A stretch of DNA of 64,000 nucleotides from Candidatus Komeilibacteria bacterium (GTDB taxonomy: Bacteria > Patescibacteriota > Patescibacteriia > UBA1558 > 2-01-FULL-52-15). The stretch's first letter is position 1. Each line of letters opens with the position of its first letter. Below the pieces are notes generated by a model. That model saw only the letters and a list, made by a program, of their open reading frames with translations, searched no databases and was not told where the DNA came from. This document shows positions 44,255-55,410 of the stretch, piece by piece. The DNA lies in NCBI GenBank assembly GCA_043801745.1, contig JAZDLR010000022.1, positions 1,960 to 65,959 of the forward strand, read 5' to 3'. The position numbers were made by a program, and so were the translations under genes.

Positions 44255-46005
44255 GGTTGAAAACGATAAATCTTAATGCCATTAATCTCGGAAATCGCCT
44301 GTAGCCAGGGATATTGGTCCAAATTCCACTGTTGATCGCTCTGCTTATCCCACAGAGCGTAATCAAGACGATATTGCTGGAAAAATTGACGGCTGTCAAC
44401 TTTCTGCAACCATGTCAAATAGTCAGCTTTAACTTGATCTAGCTGAGCTTGAGTAAAACACCCCTCCTTACAAGCCCCGGTCTTTAATTGATAGCGGCCA
44501 AAAAGATACTCATAAACATCTTTATTTTTCTGACTGACAAAACTATCAATATTTCTATCGTTGGCTCCGGCCAAATACAGATTGGCATACAGCCGATCGC
44601 GGAAACGCTCCATAGGAACCAGGTAAAATTCACCCCAGCGTGATAAGTAACTATTGTCGTGGGTGTAAATAGGCAGATCAACGTTCAATTGTCCATGAGC
44701 TAAAACCACATCATCTGGAGAAGAATTTTTTTCAAGCCACTGATAGACTGCAGCGTAGCGCTGCGAATCCAAAGCTAATGCCTTATTTTTCTCATAACCC
44801 AGATATTGTCTGGTCACACCATTAGCGAAAACCAGTAGCAAAATAATAACTGTAATAAGGTAACGTAAAAAAAGGCTGCGGCCGGAGATAATCCTATATA
44901 AACACCAATAAACAAAGAAGATGGTTAAGGGAGCAATGTAATACCAGTGCCAGTGGCCCGGATAAAACCGCAGCCCGGTTATAACCTGTTGGTTAATCAA
45001 AAAAAACAGGGCAGCAAACTGACAAAGAAACCAATAAAACAGCCAATCTTTAGAGCGCCGCCCGTAAAAAGCCAGCAAGACGACAAAATCAAGAAATAAA
45101 ATATTACTCCAAATAAACTGATGAGAGGAATAAAAACCGTAACGCTTCTGTAACAGTGGATAAATTGGATCGGAAATAGATCGGAAAAAATTATACCAAT
45201 AGGGAAGAGAAATAATTAAAGCCCCGCCCAACAGCCAAAACATTTTTTTACGTGGCAAAGACAGATGAGTAACAGACGGGAAAAAGCTGGCCAGCAGCAA
45301 TAATACAATCAGACCAAACGCCAACATCCAAGAATAGATATAGGTATAAAACATCAGACCCAAAAATAATACCGCCACAAAATACTGACTATTTTTATGA
45401 GATTTTAGCCAGGAATAAAAAAAATACAGCCAGAAAAAAAATATCAACGAGCTCATTTGCGGATTAATAGGGCGGCTATAATCCACAATGGTGTTCAAGC
45501 CGGAAAAGTCGGCTCTCAATATGCCCAGAACACCGCCCGGACTTAATATAAAATTCGACGCCAAAATAACTGTTGCCGGGGCAACTAAAGACAACGAACG
45601 GCTGCGACTGATCAGATAAAACAGGCCGTATAAAACTAAAAATAACAGCGCAGGAAAAACAAATTTGCCTATGGTGACAATCTGCATTGCTGTCACTCCG
45701 AGTATTCTGGCTAACGTACCTTCAATAATTTCCATCAGCGGCGGCTGCGCATAGGGCTTAGCCTTATATTCAGAGAGGTCGGGGCTGGCAATATTCCAAT
45801 GTCCGTCATAAGCTTCTCTCACCCGGATAATATAGTATTCTTCCGTGTCAGTTCCGGTCATGTCAATCCCCCGATAGCTACTGCCGGCTTCCTGTAGCAA
45901 TAACAATTGCGGCATCAAAGTCACTAGACCAATGCCAAAAGCGATAATCAGTGCTGACCAATGTTGCTTACAGCGCGCTAGCAATATGGAGAAAACAGCT
46001 TGCAT
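44251..46005 (-). CDS. Large polytopic membrane protein (584 aa), unknown; possibly polymerase-like
   Basis: Many TM helices. Confidence 0.35.
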   Translation of the reverse strand: MQAVFSILLARCKQHWSALIIAFGIGLVTLMPQLLLLQEAGSSYRGIDMTGTDTEEYYIIRVREAYDGHWNIASPDLSEYKAKPYAQPPLMEIIEGTLARILGVTAMQIVTIGKFVFPALLFLVLYGLFYLISRSRSLSLVAPATVILASNFILSPGGVLGILRADFSGLNTIVDYSRPINPQMSSLIFFFWLYFFYSWLKSHKNSQYFVAVLFLGLMFYTYIYSWMLAFGLIVLLLLASFFPSVTHLSLPRKKMFWLLGGALIISLPYWYNFFRSISDPIYPLLQKRYGFYSSHQFIWSNILFLDFVVLLAFYGRRSKDWLFYWFLCQFAALFFLINQQVITGLRFYPGHWHWYYIAPLTIFFVYWCLYRIISGRSLFLRYLITVIILLLVFANGVTRQYLGYEKNKALALDSQRYAAVYQWLEKNSSPDDVVLAHGQLNVDLPIYTHDNSYLSRWGEFYLVPMERFRDRLYANLYLAGANDRNIDSFVSQKNKDVYEYLFGRYQLKTGACKEGCFTQAQLDQVKADYLTWLQKVDSRQFFQQYRLDYALWDKQSDQQWNLDQYPWLQAISEINGIKIYRFQP

Positions 46006-46007
46006 TT

Positions 46008-46379
46008 CTATTTAATTTGAAACAGAAAAAATAGTCCGACCAAAATTAGAGCTATGCCCAGAAACTGAACTGGCGCAATAGCCTCTTTAAAAAAGAAGAG
46101 CGATCCTAAAATTATCAAGATATAAACGCCGCTAAGAGATGAGTAGGCTACGGATAATTTAATTCGGGATAAAACATAGAGCCAACAAACGAAAGCCAGG
46201 CCGTAACAAACAACTGTTGACCAGAAGTATAGGTTACGGATTAAAAAAAGAAATAAACTGCCTAAGGCTTGCCACTGCAGTTCAAAGGAACCAAATGAGC
46301 TCATCAGCTTTTTCAACAGTAATTGAGCGCTGGCCGCTAAAAATACATCTATAATAAGCAATAAATAGGTGAATAACAT
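46008..46379 (-). CDS. Small 4-TM EamA/SMR-like transporter (ArnE/ArnF-like)
   Basis: 123 aa, four hydrophobic helices. Confidence 0.4.
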   Translation of the reverse strand: MLFTYLLLIIDVFLAASAQLLLKKLMSSFGSFELQWQALGSLFLFLIRNLYFWSTVVCYGLAFVCWLYVLSRIKLSVAYSSLSGVYILIILGSLFFFKEAIAPVQFLGIALILVGLFFLFQIK

Positions 46380-46433
46380 TACTTTATATTAAATAATAAG
46401 CGGTAAAAAAAATTCTTATCACAACTGACACTA

Positions 46434-47030
46434 TTACTTATCTAGAATGAAAACCTGGTAGGGACAAATTCCGCTCCACATAGAAAATGAACTGACCAGC
46501 TTTAGGTCCGGCGGCAACAGCCTCTGATACTCCTCTGCTGATCTAATATACTTACCCTCGTCGAAATTATGCATCAAGGTCGTCAACCAATATTTTTTAG
46601 CAACGCGCAAATCCTCCATTAATATCACCCGGCCACCGATTTTCACTACTCTCTTAATCTCGGACAATATCGCCCTACTAAGTGTATCATCTAAATGATG
46701 CAGCACGCCAATCATCAGAACCTTATCGAAACTCTGATCCGAAAAGGTCAATTGCGTAGCGTCACCGACCATAAATTGATAGGGCTGCTTTCTTTTAGCA
46801 TAAGCAATATAGTCAGGATTTATGTCCAAACCAAGATACTGCTCGGGCGGAAATAAACGGGAAAACTCTCCGGTGCCGCAGCCAATATCCAAAATACTGC
46901 CGCTAATCTCCCGGCTCCAATATTTGGCAATGACTGCTTTCTCGCCCGCGAAATTATTTTCTAGAATCCGGCGGCTGACCTCAAAAAAATACGGCCACCG
47001 GGCCAACAAGGATGTAATTTTACTGGCCAC
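46434..47030 (-). CDS. Class I SAM-dependent methyltransferase
   Basis: ILDIGCGTGEF (motif I), ..VLMIGVLHH. Confidence 0.65.
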   Translation of the reverse strand: MASKITSLLARWPYFFEVSRRILENNFAGEKAVIAKYWSREISGSILDIGCGTGEFSRLFPPEQYLGLDINPDYIAYAKRKQPYQFMVGDATQLTFSDQSFDKVLMIGVLHHLDDTLSRAILSEIKRVVKIGGRVILMEDLRVAKKYWLTTLMHNFDEGKYIRSAEEYQRLLPPDLKLVSSFSMWSGICPYQVFILDK

Positions 47031-47766
47031 TTCGTTTCTTCTTTACGACAATATTAACCCACAATCCGGCTAACTGCCATAAGGACCGAGCTACCCGCGG
47101 AAAATTGAAAAACTGTGATTGACCATAAATCCTATGATAATGAGAAACACCAACCTCGGCAAAACGAAATCCGGCGTCTTGAATTCTTTTTACCAACTCC
47201 ACACAGACTGTGCCCGTATGACTTTCTAACTTAACTACGTCGAATATCTTGCGGCGCATCAAACGGAAATCACAATCAACATCTCGAATTTTCAGTCCAA
47301 ACATTAGACTGACAAAAAAATGATAAATCTTACCGATTATCAAACGGTACCAGGGATCGTTACGCTTAATTTTAAAGCCGTTAACAATATCAATATCGTC
47401 CGTCAAAGCTGCGTATAGCAAAGGTAATTCCTTAACATCATACTGACCGTCGCCGTCAGTATAAAAAACTAAATCCTTAGTGGCGGCAGCAATACCGCTT
47501 TGGATAGCCGCGCCATAACCGCGATTATGATCGTGGAAAACCAAACGTAACATTTGATATTGGCTTTGTAATTCCCGTAAAAAATCCCTACTGCCGTCGG
47601 TAGAACCGTCGTCAATTACGATAATCTCATACTCATCAGTAAGTTTATCAAGTACCCCTTTGGCATCAATCACCAAACTTCCAATAGTTCCCTTATCGTT
47701 ATAACAAGGGAAAAATACGGAAATTGAAGGTCGAACAGACAACTGCATATTAGTATTCAATGTCAT
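47020..47766 (-). CDS. Glycosyltransferase family 2
   Basis: FFPCYND..EIIVIDDGSTDGS..YTDGDGQYD. Confidence 0.7.
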   Translation of the reverse strand: MTLNTNMQLSVRPSISVFFPCYNDKGTIGSLVIDAKGVLDKLTDEYEIIVIDDGSTDGSRDFLRELQSQYQMLRLVFHDHNRGYGAAIQSGIAAATKDLVFYTDGDGQYDVKELPLLYAALTDDIDIVNGFKIKRNDPWYRLIIGKIYHFFVSLMFGLKIRDVDCDFRLMRRKIFDVVKLESHTGTVCVELVKRIQDAGFRFAEVGVSHYHRIYGQSQFFNFPRVARSLWQLAGLWVNIVVKKKRSGQ

Positions 47767-48445
47767 TCTTGGCCGAAATTAAACTTACTTCTGAAATTCC
47801 AGTTACCCGACTCAATTCTGCTAAGAAGGCGTCACTTTGATTTTCTGACAGGAAGCGGACATTAAAGCTTAATTCTAATATCCGGCCGTGATCAACCGTA
47901 TTAATATTCAATAAATCCTTGACTTTGAGATACTTGTTAAAAATATCCCGATAAACATCCTGTGAAGTCTGGGAAGAATCCAAATGAAAAGTCACTATAT
48001 AGTCGTACTTCTTAATTGAGCCCAAATTGAATCTGTGCATCAAATATATAACTAAAATAACCAGAACTGTGGAAACTCCGGCAATAGCATAACTTCTGGT
48101 ACCAACGGCCATACCTAAGGCTAGAGCTAAAAACAAATAAATCATATCCCGAGCATCTTTGATGGCAGTGCGGAAACGGATGATAGAAAAAGCACCAAAA
48201 GCACCAAAAGCCCGAGTCAAACTGTCACCAATTACCATCATAATCATCGCAATGATGACTGTGCTCAAAACTAAAGCAGTGACAAAAGATTGTGAATAAG
48301 ACAACCCTTTATGAGTCTTGCGGTAGACCCAAGCTATTAAAAGCCCTAAGGCTGAAGCAATAACTATATTCAAAATAATCCCTGGGATTTCTAAACTCTG
48401 GGCGTATAAGGCTGTAGGTATAATCGGTGATGTTGACTGTGCCAT
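47750..48445 (-). CDS. DUF4956-like membrane protein
   Basis: TM helices plus FGAFSIIRFRTAIKD motif. Adjacent to a VTC-domain gene, a recurrent pairing. Confidence 0.45.
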   Translation of the reverse strand: MAQSTSPIIPTALYAQSLEIPGIILNIVIASALGLLIAWVYRKTHKGLSYSQSFVTALVLSTVIIAMIMMVIGDSLTRAFGAFGAFSIIRFRTAIKDARDMIYLFLALALGMAVGTRSYAIAGVSTVLVILVIYLMHRFNLGSIKKYDYIVTFHLDSSQTSQDVYRDIFNKYLKVKDLLNINTVDHGRILELSFNVRFLSENQSDAFLAELSRVTGISEVSLISAKNDIEY

Positions 48446-48466
48446 AGATATTATTAGAGCTAATGA

Positions 48467-49279
48467 TTAAGGTCTTGATGAATAAGTTTCTAAGCGGTTG
48501 ACAGCCTGCGTCCGTTCAACCGAGTAACAATACTTGGAATAAGGCAAAGCCGTTAATTTATATTTCTGAATAATCGCGTAAAACCAAGCAGGTACTATAT
48601 TATTGTATTTGACTTCCAAAATTATCAGACCCGGATACAAAGGTTTCATTGCTGTTCTGGTGCTATCTAAATCTCTGGCACTGGCGGCACAAATATCGCT
48701 ATCAAAAGTCACGCGGAAATCTTTTAAAACTTTCCCCTGCAAAGCTTTACGCCGGTAAGAAACGATGAGTTCGGGTTGCATAGAATTATACTCTTTTAAC
48801 CAAACAAATTCCTCCAAAACAGCCCGCTGCTCCGGTTTTAACCGCTGCTGCAGTGCTTGATAACCTCGGCGTTTAAGTAGGCCCCGGGCCTCATCAGCCG
48901 TCAGCCGCAACCGGTCTTTTAAAATCACCATACCCAGACGCCGCTTAATTTCTAAATAAATCGGGGTGGTATCACTTATTGTCGGTTCGTAAAAGCGCAG
49001 ACGCAGCTTCTTACGGTAATTCAGACCAGCCAGCTTTTCAAAGTAACAAGCTTTACCGATATTGTCCAAATATAGACTGCTAATCAAATAGTCCTTGGTG
49101 GGACAGAGCTCAGAAAATGGATCCCAAACCATATAATCTCTCAACTCCGGCATTATCTTCTCGGCCGTACCACGCGGCAGCTGATATTTAAACTCATAGC
49201 GGCGGAAGTGGTTCGGCGGAATAATTGAATCCATAGTAAGTAGAGTATATAATCTTGATTCAGAGTTCAATTTAAGCAA
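48467..49279 (-). CDS. VTC-domain (polyphosphate-polymerase-like / CYTH-like) protein
   Basis: RYEFKYQLP.. N-terminal signature, ..YLEIKRR. Confidence 0.45.
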   Translation of the reverse strand: MLKLNSESRLYTLLTMDSIIPPNHFRRYEFKYQLPRGTAEKIMPELRDYMVWDPFSELCPTKDYLISSLYLDNIGKACYFEKLAGLNYRKKLRLRFYEPTISDTTPIYLEIKRRLGMVILKDRLRLTADEARGLLKRRGYQALQQRLKPEQRAVLEEFVWLKEYNSMQPELIVSYRRKALQGKVLKDFRVTFDSDICAASARDLDSTRTAMKPLYPGLIILEVKYNNIVPAWFYAIIQKYKLTALPYSKYCYSVERTQAVNRLETYSSRP

Positions 49280-49375
49280 TAAAAGACCTTTTTGTCAATT
49301 CTAATGACCGGCCAACTCCTGGCTACTATTTTACCTTTAGCTTGAGGTCCGGTTACAAGCCACAGCTATTAAAAA

Positions 49376-50119
49376 CTACTTGGTATTCTTTCGGGACAAG
49401 AAAATAATAGATAATCCACAGGGAAACGAGATCCGGCTTATTAACTTAGATTCTAACCAGAGCCAAAAATACAACAAGCTATTAAGGCTGGGACGAATAA
49501 TAAAATACGATTGTTCCGAATTGAGATTTTTTCTCAGACGTTCGCTCAGCCGTACTAGCAAAGCTAGGGGAAATAAAAAGAAATTAATATAACTGGATCG
49601 GATAACGGTGAAACCAGCTTGCTGCAATTTATCTATCAACTCAGGTTTAGTAAAACGACGCTTAGTCCAAACTAAACGATCGTGTTCACTTCGCAACCAG
49701 TTGTAGGCGGCTTCGCGCAACAATAAGTGACCGCCGGGTACGAGTACACGTTGCAGCTCGCGCAGAGCCCGGTTGTCATCCTCAATACCCTGATGATATA
49801 GAACATCCGAACATAACACCAAGTCAAAACTATTATCAGGAAAGGGCAGATGATTAATATCGGCTACCATAACATCAGCTATACCCCGCTTAGCCGCCAG
49901 CTCAATTGCCTGGGTCGAAAGATCGACGCCGGTTATTTGTCCGAAAGGTAAAAGTAAGGAAAACATGCCGCCGGTAGCACAACCGGCATCCAAAATTTTT
50001 AGACCACTCTGAACCGGTAAATATTGTCTTAAAACTTTGGTGGTAATTTTCCGCATGCCTTTGTGCCACCAAAACCCATCTTCACGTTCCGACATGCCAC
50101 GATAGACTTCAGACTCCAT
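49376..50119 (-). CDS. Class I SAM-dependent methyltransferase
   Basis: [10 protein letters not shown].., LREAAYNW. Confidence 0.6.
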   Translation of the reverse strand: MESEVYRGMSEREDGFWWHKGMRKITTKVLRQYLPVQSGLKILDAGCATGGMFSLLLPFGQITGVDLSTQAIELAAKRGIADVMVADINHLPFPDNSFDLVLCSDVLYHQGIEDDNRALRELQRVLVPGGHLLLREAAYNWLRSEHDRLVWTKRRFTKPELIDKLQQAGFTVIRSSYINFFLFPLALLVRLSERLRKNLNSEQSYFIIRPSLNSLLYFWLWLESKLISRISFPCGLSIIFLSRKNTK

Positions 50120-51224
50120 GCTTAAAAGAATTACAGACAGTAATTATTTTCGCTATCTCTTCTTCCGTCAGGCTAGGATAGAGCGGTAAACTAATGACAG
50201 TCCGGTGAATCTGTTCACTAATAGGATAACTCAACTGTGACCATTCACGGAAAGCCGGCTGCTTGTGCGGCGGAACCGGATAATGAATCAAAGTTTCAAT
50301 ACCGTTGGCTAATAAATGTTGGCCGAAAGCTTCTCTCTGCTCTGTGCGTACAACAAATAAATGCCAGACATGCGACTCTTCGCTAGCAGACGCAGGCAGA
50401 ATCAATCCGGGATTATTTATTCCCGCTAAATATTTATGGGCAATTTCCCGCCGTCTAGCATTCTCTTGATCTAAATATTTTAGCTTAACCGATAAAACCG
50501 CGGCTTGCAATTCATCCAGACGGCTATTAACTCCCTTGTAGTTATTATGATATTTTTTGTGACTGCCGTAATTCGCTAAAGCGCGAACAACCTCGGCTAA
50601 GTGGTCATCATTAGTTGTTACTGCGCCCGCATCTCCTAAGGCACCTAAATTTTTTGACGGGTAAAAACTAAAGCCACTAGCATCTCCGAGGTTACCGGTC
50701 TTCTTTCCCTGATATACGGCGCCGTGAGCCTGGGCTGAATCTTCAATAATTTTTAAGCCATGCCTATCGGCTATCTCTTTCATTTTAGCGGAATAACCAA
50801 CCTGACCATAAAGATGAACTACCATTATAGCCTTGGTTTTGGGGGTAATACTGGCTTCTAATAACTGAGGATCAATATTAAAAGTATTTATGTCCGGTTC
50901 AACCAAGACCGGCCGTAAAGCATTTTCTGTAATGGCTAGAATACTGGCAATATAAGTATTGGACGGAACAATAATCTCGTCACCTTCGTGAAAAATTCCT
51001 AATTCCTTATAAGCGCGCATGATTAAAGTGAGCGCATCCAAACCATTACCCGTACCAATGGTGTGCTTAACACCACAATATTTTGCGAATTCAGTTTCCA
51101 AAGTCCTTAATTTATTACCCAGAATAAACCAGCCCGAAGCAAAAACCTCGGTCATAGCATCGAGTAACTCCTGACGGTGCAAATCATTCAGCTTCTTTAA
51201 ATCTAAAAACGGAATCATTATCAA
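50109..51224 (-). CDS. DegT/DnrJ/EryC1/StrS-family PLP-dependent sugar aminotransferase
   Basis: ..[17 protein letters not shown].. (Lys-PLP region). 371 aa. Confidence 0.75.
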   Translation of the reverse strand: MIMIPFLDLKKLNDLHRQELLDAMTEVFASGWFILGNKLRTLETEFAKYCGVKHTIGTGNGLDALTLIMRAYKELGIFHEGDEIIVPSNTYIASILAITENALRPVLVEPDINTFNIDPQLLEASITPKTKAIMVVHLYGQVGYSAKMKEIADRHGLKIIEDSAQAHGAVYQGKKTGNLGDASGFSFYPSKNLGALGDAGAVTTNDDHLAEVVRALANYGSHKKYHNNYKGVNSRLDELQAAVLSVKLKYLDQENARRREIAHKYLAGINNPGLILPASASEESHVWHLFVVRTEQREAFGQHLLANGIETLIHYPVPPHKQPAFREWSQLSYPISEQIHRTVISLPLYPSLTEEEIAKIITVCNSFKHGV

Positions 51225-51257
51225 GTTATCAATAAGAAATGAGGTAACGCCAATAAA

Positions 51258-52514
51258 TTAGTCCACCACCTTGAATTCCGGTAGGGGCAAAACGAATTTT
51301 GATTTAACGCCCTTTTTACGCCAGCTGTCCATAATGAAGTCACCATAATGCCAAGCCAAGATCAAAATGTAATCTGGCTGTTCTTCAAGGATTATTTTAT
51401 TATCAACAATAGGAATATGAGTGCCAGGTAAATATTTTCCTACCTTTTCTGAACCCGGCAGCTGAGCAATGTAGGGCAAAAGATTCTTATCTAAACCGTA
51501 ATAATTAACTAACACAGCGCCACGGCCCGGGCAAGAATCAGCCACAAACCGTAATCCTTTCTTTTGAGCGTCGTGTACTAATTCCATCAGCCGGCTGCGG
51601 TTGTCAGCCACCCTGGCACGCCATTTGGCCCAAGTCTCGGGTTTAAATAACCCGGCCCTTTCTTCCTCAGCCAATAATTCCCCTACCCGTGAACTAGTCG
51701 GCTGAACCCCTTGACGCGCCACGTAAACGCGAATATTACCGCCGTAGCGGGAAGCCCGCTGGACATCGAATACTTCCATACCATAGTAAGGGAACAAGGT
51801 AACCAGAGCTTTCAGGCTGTAAGTGCGGATATGTTCATGGTATATTCCTTCGAACTGATTTCTTTCCAAAACATCCAACAAGTACTGACTCTCGGTAATA
51901 AAGATCCCGTCTTTATCCAATAACTGATTCAATCCGCGCATTACTTCGCCCAGAGGAGCCATATGCGCAAAAACATTAGTCATGGTAATTATTTTGGCCT
52001 GACCATAATCTTTGACAATATCGAGAGCTAATTTTTCCGTAAAAAATTCCTGGATAGTTTCTATATTATTTTCCGCTACGGCAATTTTAGCGATATTAGT
52101 CGGCTCAACACCCAAAGTGCGCATACCATTCCGTTTAAATCCGGTCAATAAAGTGCCATCATTAGAGCCAATATCGACACACAGCGACTGTGGGGGGATG
52201 GTAAATCTCTGAATAATATCGTCGGCAAAAGCGCGTTGATAAACTCTTAATGGCTCAGATATACCGCTGCGGTAAGGATAGTCAGCCGGATAAATAATAG
52301 AACCGTCAACGACAAAATCCAGCTGGGCCAGACCGGAGTCAGGACAGATCATCAAGCGCAAGGGGTAGGTTATTTCCGGCTGATTCAACATCTCCGGACT
52401 AAGCAAAGCATCGCAAGGTGGTTGGTGACCGAGATCAATAGCCTCAAATAAATTTGTGGAGCCGGTAATTTGACAATAATCTAATCTGCCTGGGGCCACA
52501 TCATGTTCAATCAT
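51258..52514 (-). CDS. NDP-hexose C-methyltransferase-like (TylCIII/NovU-type: N-terminal Cys-rich Zn-binding domain plus SAM MTase)
   Basis: N-terminal C..C..PPC motif, central SAM-binding region. Family assignment from memory. Confidence 0.45.
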   Translation of the reverse strand: MIEHDVAPGRLDYCQITGSTNLFEAIDLGHQPPCDALLSPEMLNQPEITYPLRLMICPDSGLAQLDFVVDGSIIYPADYPYRSGISEPLRVYQRAFADDIIQRFTIPPQSLCVDIGSNDGTLLTGFKRNGMRTLGVEPTNIAKIAVAENNIETIQEFFTEKLALDIVKDYGQAKIITMTNVFAHMAPLGEVMRGLNQLLDKDGIFITESQYLLDVLERNQFEGIYHEHIRTYSLKALVTLFPYYGMEVFDVQRASRYGGNIRVYVARQGVQPTSSRVGELLAEEERAGLFKPETWAKWRARVADNRSRLMELVHDAQKKGLRFVADSCPGRGAVLVNYYGLDKNLLPYIAQLPGSEKVGKYLPGTHIPIVDNKIILEEQPDYILILAWHYGDFIMDSWRKKGVKSKFVLPLPEFKVVD

Positions 52515-52602
52515 AAATCAATAGCAATTAGCTGTTTAAATAAAACACTGAAATTATAGTATATTGCGCCAAATTGTCAATGTTTAAGCGCCGAATTGAC
52601 GA

Positions 52603-53724
52603 TTAAACATTTAGAAAATTCCGAATAATGCTTTCCGCCCTATTACTCCACGAATATCCTGACGCTGCCCTCCGGTACTGGTGACTAATATCTCTGGTAG
52701 CTAAACCGACAGCAGCCACAAAAGAAGAGGCCTGATCAGGCTGAAAATAAAATACGCCCGCCTGTTCAGCCATAATAGAACGCAGAGATTCTACGTCGGC
52801 TGCCACCAGCGGCTTAGCCGTACTTAAATATTCGTACAATTTTAGCGGCGAGGTGTAGCGCCCGGAAGAACGGTAACGGCCGCTATTAGGAATAATTAAA
52901 ATGTCAGCCGCCTGCAAAACATCAGGAATTTGCTGGTGCGGCAGCCAGCCTAGCCACTGCACTTTAGCTAATTGATCCTGATAAAGTTGATCTGTCCACT
53001 GTTTAATTTCGGCCGTACTACCCCCGGCAATAACCAGCAAAAAATCCGCAGGTAATAATGACAATGATTCCATCATGACCGCCAATCCCTTTTCGCGGCT
53101 CAGACTGCCGGTATAAACCAGAAGTTTTTTTTCAGCCGGCAGCCGAAAAAGGCGGCGGCACTCCTCTGATGTTTTCTGAGAAGGAAACAATTCCAAATCA
53201 ACACCGTCCGGCGCCAGCAGCACCCGCTTTTCAGCTATACCCAATTGTTTCAGCTCGCTAACCAAAGCCTGACTGATGGCGACGAAAAATATGGGACGTC
53301 GAAAAAAAAGTTTATGCCACCATTTTAACTTACGGGGAAATTGATGAATTTCAAAAATTACCCTTCGGCCGGTGAAACTCAGGATATAGGCCGAAAAGGG
53401 ATCGCGTGAATATATTGCCGTATCCGCCGGGCAACGAACCAAAGAAAACCAGACGCCTATCATAAAAGTTAATGACTGCAGCCAAAATCCCAGAACCGGA
53501 ATCATACCCACCAGATCAACACAAGGAATATTGCGGATAGAAAAAAGCGGCTTCAGGTTATAAAACGAACCAATGGCTTCCGGCTGACTAAAGCGTCTCC
53601 GGGGCAAAACCAAAGTCACGGCCATCCCTTGCTGCGCTAAGGCCTGACACATAGCCACAGTTTGAATGCCATGCGCGCGGCTGGAAGGCAAACGATAATT
53701 AGCAATATACCAAAGTTTTAACAT
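52603..53724 (-). CDS. Glycosyltransferase family 4
   Basis: GT-B fold. C-terminal LKLYEYLSTAKPLVAADVESLRSIM. Confidence 0.55.
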   Translation of the reverse strand: MLKLWYIANYRLPSSRAHGIQTVAMCQALAQQGMAVTLVLPRRRFSQPEAIGSFYNLKPLFSIRNIPCVDLVGMIPVLGFWLQSLTFMIGVWFSLVRCPADTAIYSRDPFSAYILSFTGRRVIFEIHQFPRKLKWWHKLFFRRPIFFVAISQALVSELKQLGIAEKRVLLAPDGVDLELFPSQKTSEECRRLFRLPAEKKLLVYTGSLSREKGLAVMMESLSLLPADFLLVIAGGSTAEIKQWTDQLYQDQLAKVQWLGWLPHQQIPDVLQAADILIIPNSGRYRSSGRYTSPLKLYEYLSTAKPLVAADVESLRSIMAEQAGVFYFQPDQASSFVAAVGLATRDISHQYRRAASGYSWSNRAESIIRNFLNV

Positions 53725-53738
53725 TTTACATCGCGTCC

Positions 53739-54383
53739 TTATTGCAACTTCAACTGTACCCGCGCAAACTGAATTTTTAATACACCCCAGTCCTTCCTAA
53801 AGCAATCTTGAATCGGCAATACTTCAACCATAAATTTATTCCTATCAATGGCATCAACCACCAGCTTAGCGCCTTCTGTCATATCGCCCTTGCAACCCTC
53901 AGCCCAATAATCATCAAAAATCACTACCGTTTTCTCGTTCATGGCTTGCTGCGCATATAACCAATCATTAGCTACCGTCTCGTGAGAATGTCCGCCGTCA
54001 ATAAAAATAAGATCCATCTTCGGTAGAGAGGCGACAGTCTGAGGCAAAGTCTTTTGCGTAAACCCCTGATAAAGCTCGATCTTGGCTCCGGTTAACGCCA
54101 ACTTGGCTTGCACTTCAGCCTTGGACGGCGGCATCTTGGATATTTCCTTATCAAAGACTTCGGGATTCATCTCTTCAAACAGGTCATAGCCGTAATACTC
54201 CACCGCCGGGCTAAATTTCTGAGCTAACCTAATCATAGCCAGGGCTCGCTGGCCATTCCAAGTGCCAATTTCCATAAGACGTGTAGCGTGATTTCTCTTA
54301 ATTGTTTGAAAAAGATACTGATAACGCTGCGCCCCCAAAGAACGGCCTAAAAGTTTCTTAATAATGTTCTTAATTGTTCCCAT
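53739..54383 (-). CDS. Class I SAM-dependent methyltransferase (Methyltransf_24/CmcI-like)
   Basis: LMEIGTWNGQ.., LIFIDGGHSHE. Start trimmed to MGTIKN to avoid overlap with gmd. Confidence 0.55.
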   Translation of the reverse strand: MGTIKNIIKKLLGRSLGAQRYQYLFQTIKRNHATRLMEIGTWNGQRALAMIRLAQKFSPAVEYYGYDLFEEMNPEVFDKEISKMPPSKAEVQAKLALTGAKIELYQGFTQKTLPQTVASLPKMDLIFIDGGHSHETVANDWLYAQQAMNEKTVVIFDDYWAEGCKGDMTEGAKLVVDAIDRNKFMVEVLPIQDCFRKDWGVLKIQFARVQLKLQ

Positions 54384-54399
54384 TGATCTGTAATATCGC

Positions 54400-55389
54400 T
54401 TAATAACTTTTCTTAGATTCCTGCAGCCTGGCCAGATCAGCATCAACCATCATTTTGACCAACTGCTCAAAATGAACTTTTGGTTCCCAATGCAATTCTT
54501 TCCTGGCCTTAGAAGCATCGCCGCGTAAATGATAGACTTCGGCCGGCCGCAAAAATTGTTTATCCAGCTTAACATATTTCTTCCAATCCAAGTCCAAATA
54601 ACCAAAGGCGACTTCCACAAACTCCTGAACCGTATGCGGTTCACCGGTAGCAATGACGTAATCTTGGGGCACTTCTTGCTGCATCATCAGCCACATAGCC
54701 TCCACATAATCGCCCGCAAACCCCCAATCCCGCTTGGCTTCAAGATTACCCAGGAGTAATTCCTGACCCAATCCCAATTTAATTCGCGCAGCAGCGTCAG
54801 TAATTTTGCGGGTAACGAATTCCAGTCCCCGACGCGGAGATTCATGGTTAAACAGAATACCCGAAACAGTAAACATATTGTACGACTCCCGGTAGTTAAT
54901 AGTAATCCAATGAGCATACAGCTTAGCCACACCATAGGGACTGCGCGGATAAAAAGGAGTTGTTTCTTTCTGTGGCACCTCTTGTACCTTTCCGAACATC
55001 TCAGAAGAAGAAGCCTGATAAAATTTTACTTTAGGGTTCACTTGGCGCACGGCTTCTAATAGATTAGTAACTCCTAACCCCGTTACGTAGCCAGTATAAA
55101 CCGGCTGTTTCCAGGACTCGGCCACAAACGACTGCGCCGCTAAATTATATATTTCTTCCGCTTCAGAATAGCGTACGGCATTAACCAGGGAGCCAAAATC
55201 TGACAAATCACCGGATATCAATTCTATCTGATCAAGAATAGGTTTAATATTTCCGTAGCTCTTTTGACTGCTTCTCCGCTCCAAACCATACACCTTATAA
55301 CCTTTGGTCAATAAGAGCTCCGCTAAATACGAACCGTCCTGACCAGTAATGCCGGTAATTAAAGCTTTTTTTTGCTTAGTAGTATTCAT
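54400..55389 (-). CDS. gmd: GDP-mannose 4,6-dehydratase
   Basis: [35 protein letters not shown]. Confidence 0.85.
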   Translation of the reverse strand: MNTTKQKKALITGITGQDGSYLAELLLTKGYKVYGLERRSSQKSYGNIKPILDQIELISGDLSDFGSLVNAVRYSEAEEIYNLAAQSFVAESWKQPVYTGYVTGLGVTNLLEAVRQVNPKVKFYQASSSEMFGKVQEVPQKETTPFYPRSPYGVAKLYAHWITINYRESYNMFTVSGILFNHESPRRGLEFVTRKITDAAARIKLGLGQELLLGNLEAKRDWGFAGDYVEAMWLMMQQEVPQDYVIATGEPHTVQEFVEVAFGYLDLDWKKYVKLDKQFLRPAEVYHLRGDASKARKELHWEPKVHFEQLVKMMVDADLARLQESKKSY

Positions 55390-55410
55390 ACAAATAAATA
55401 TAAAGGCAAA

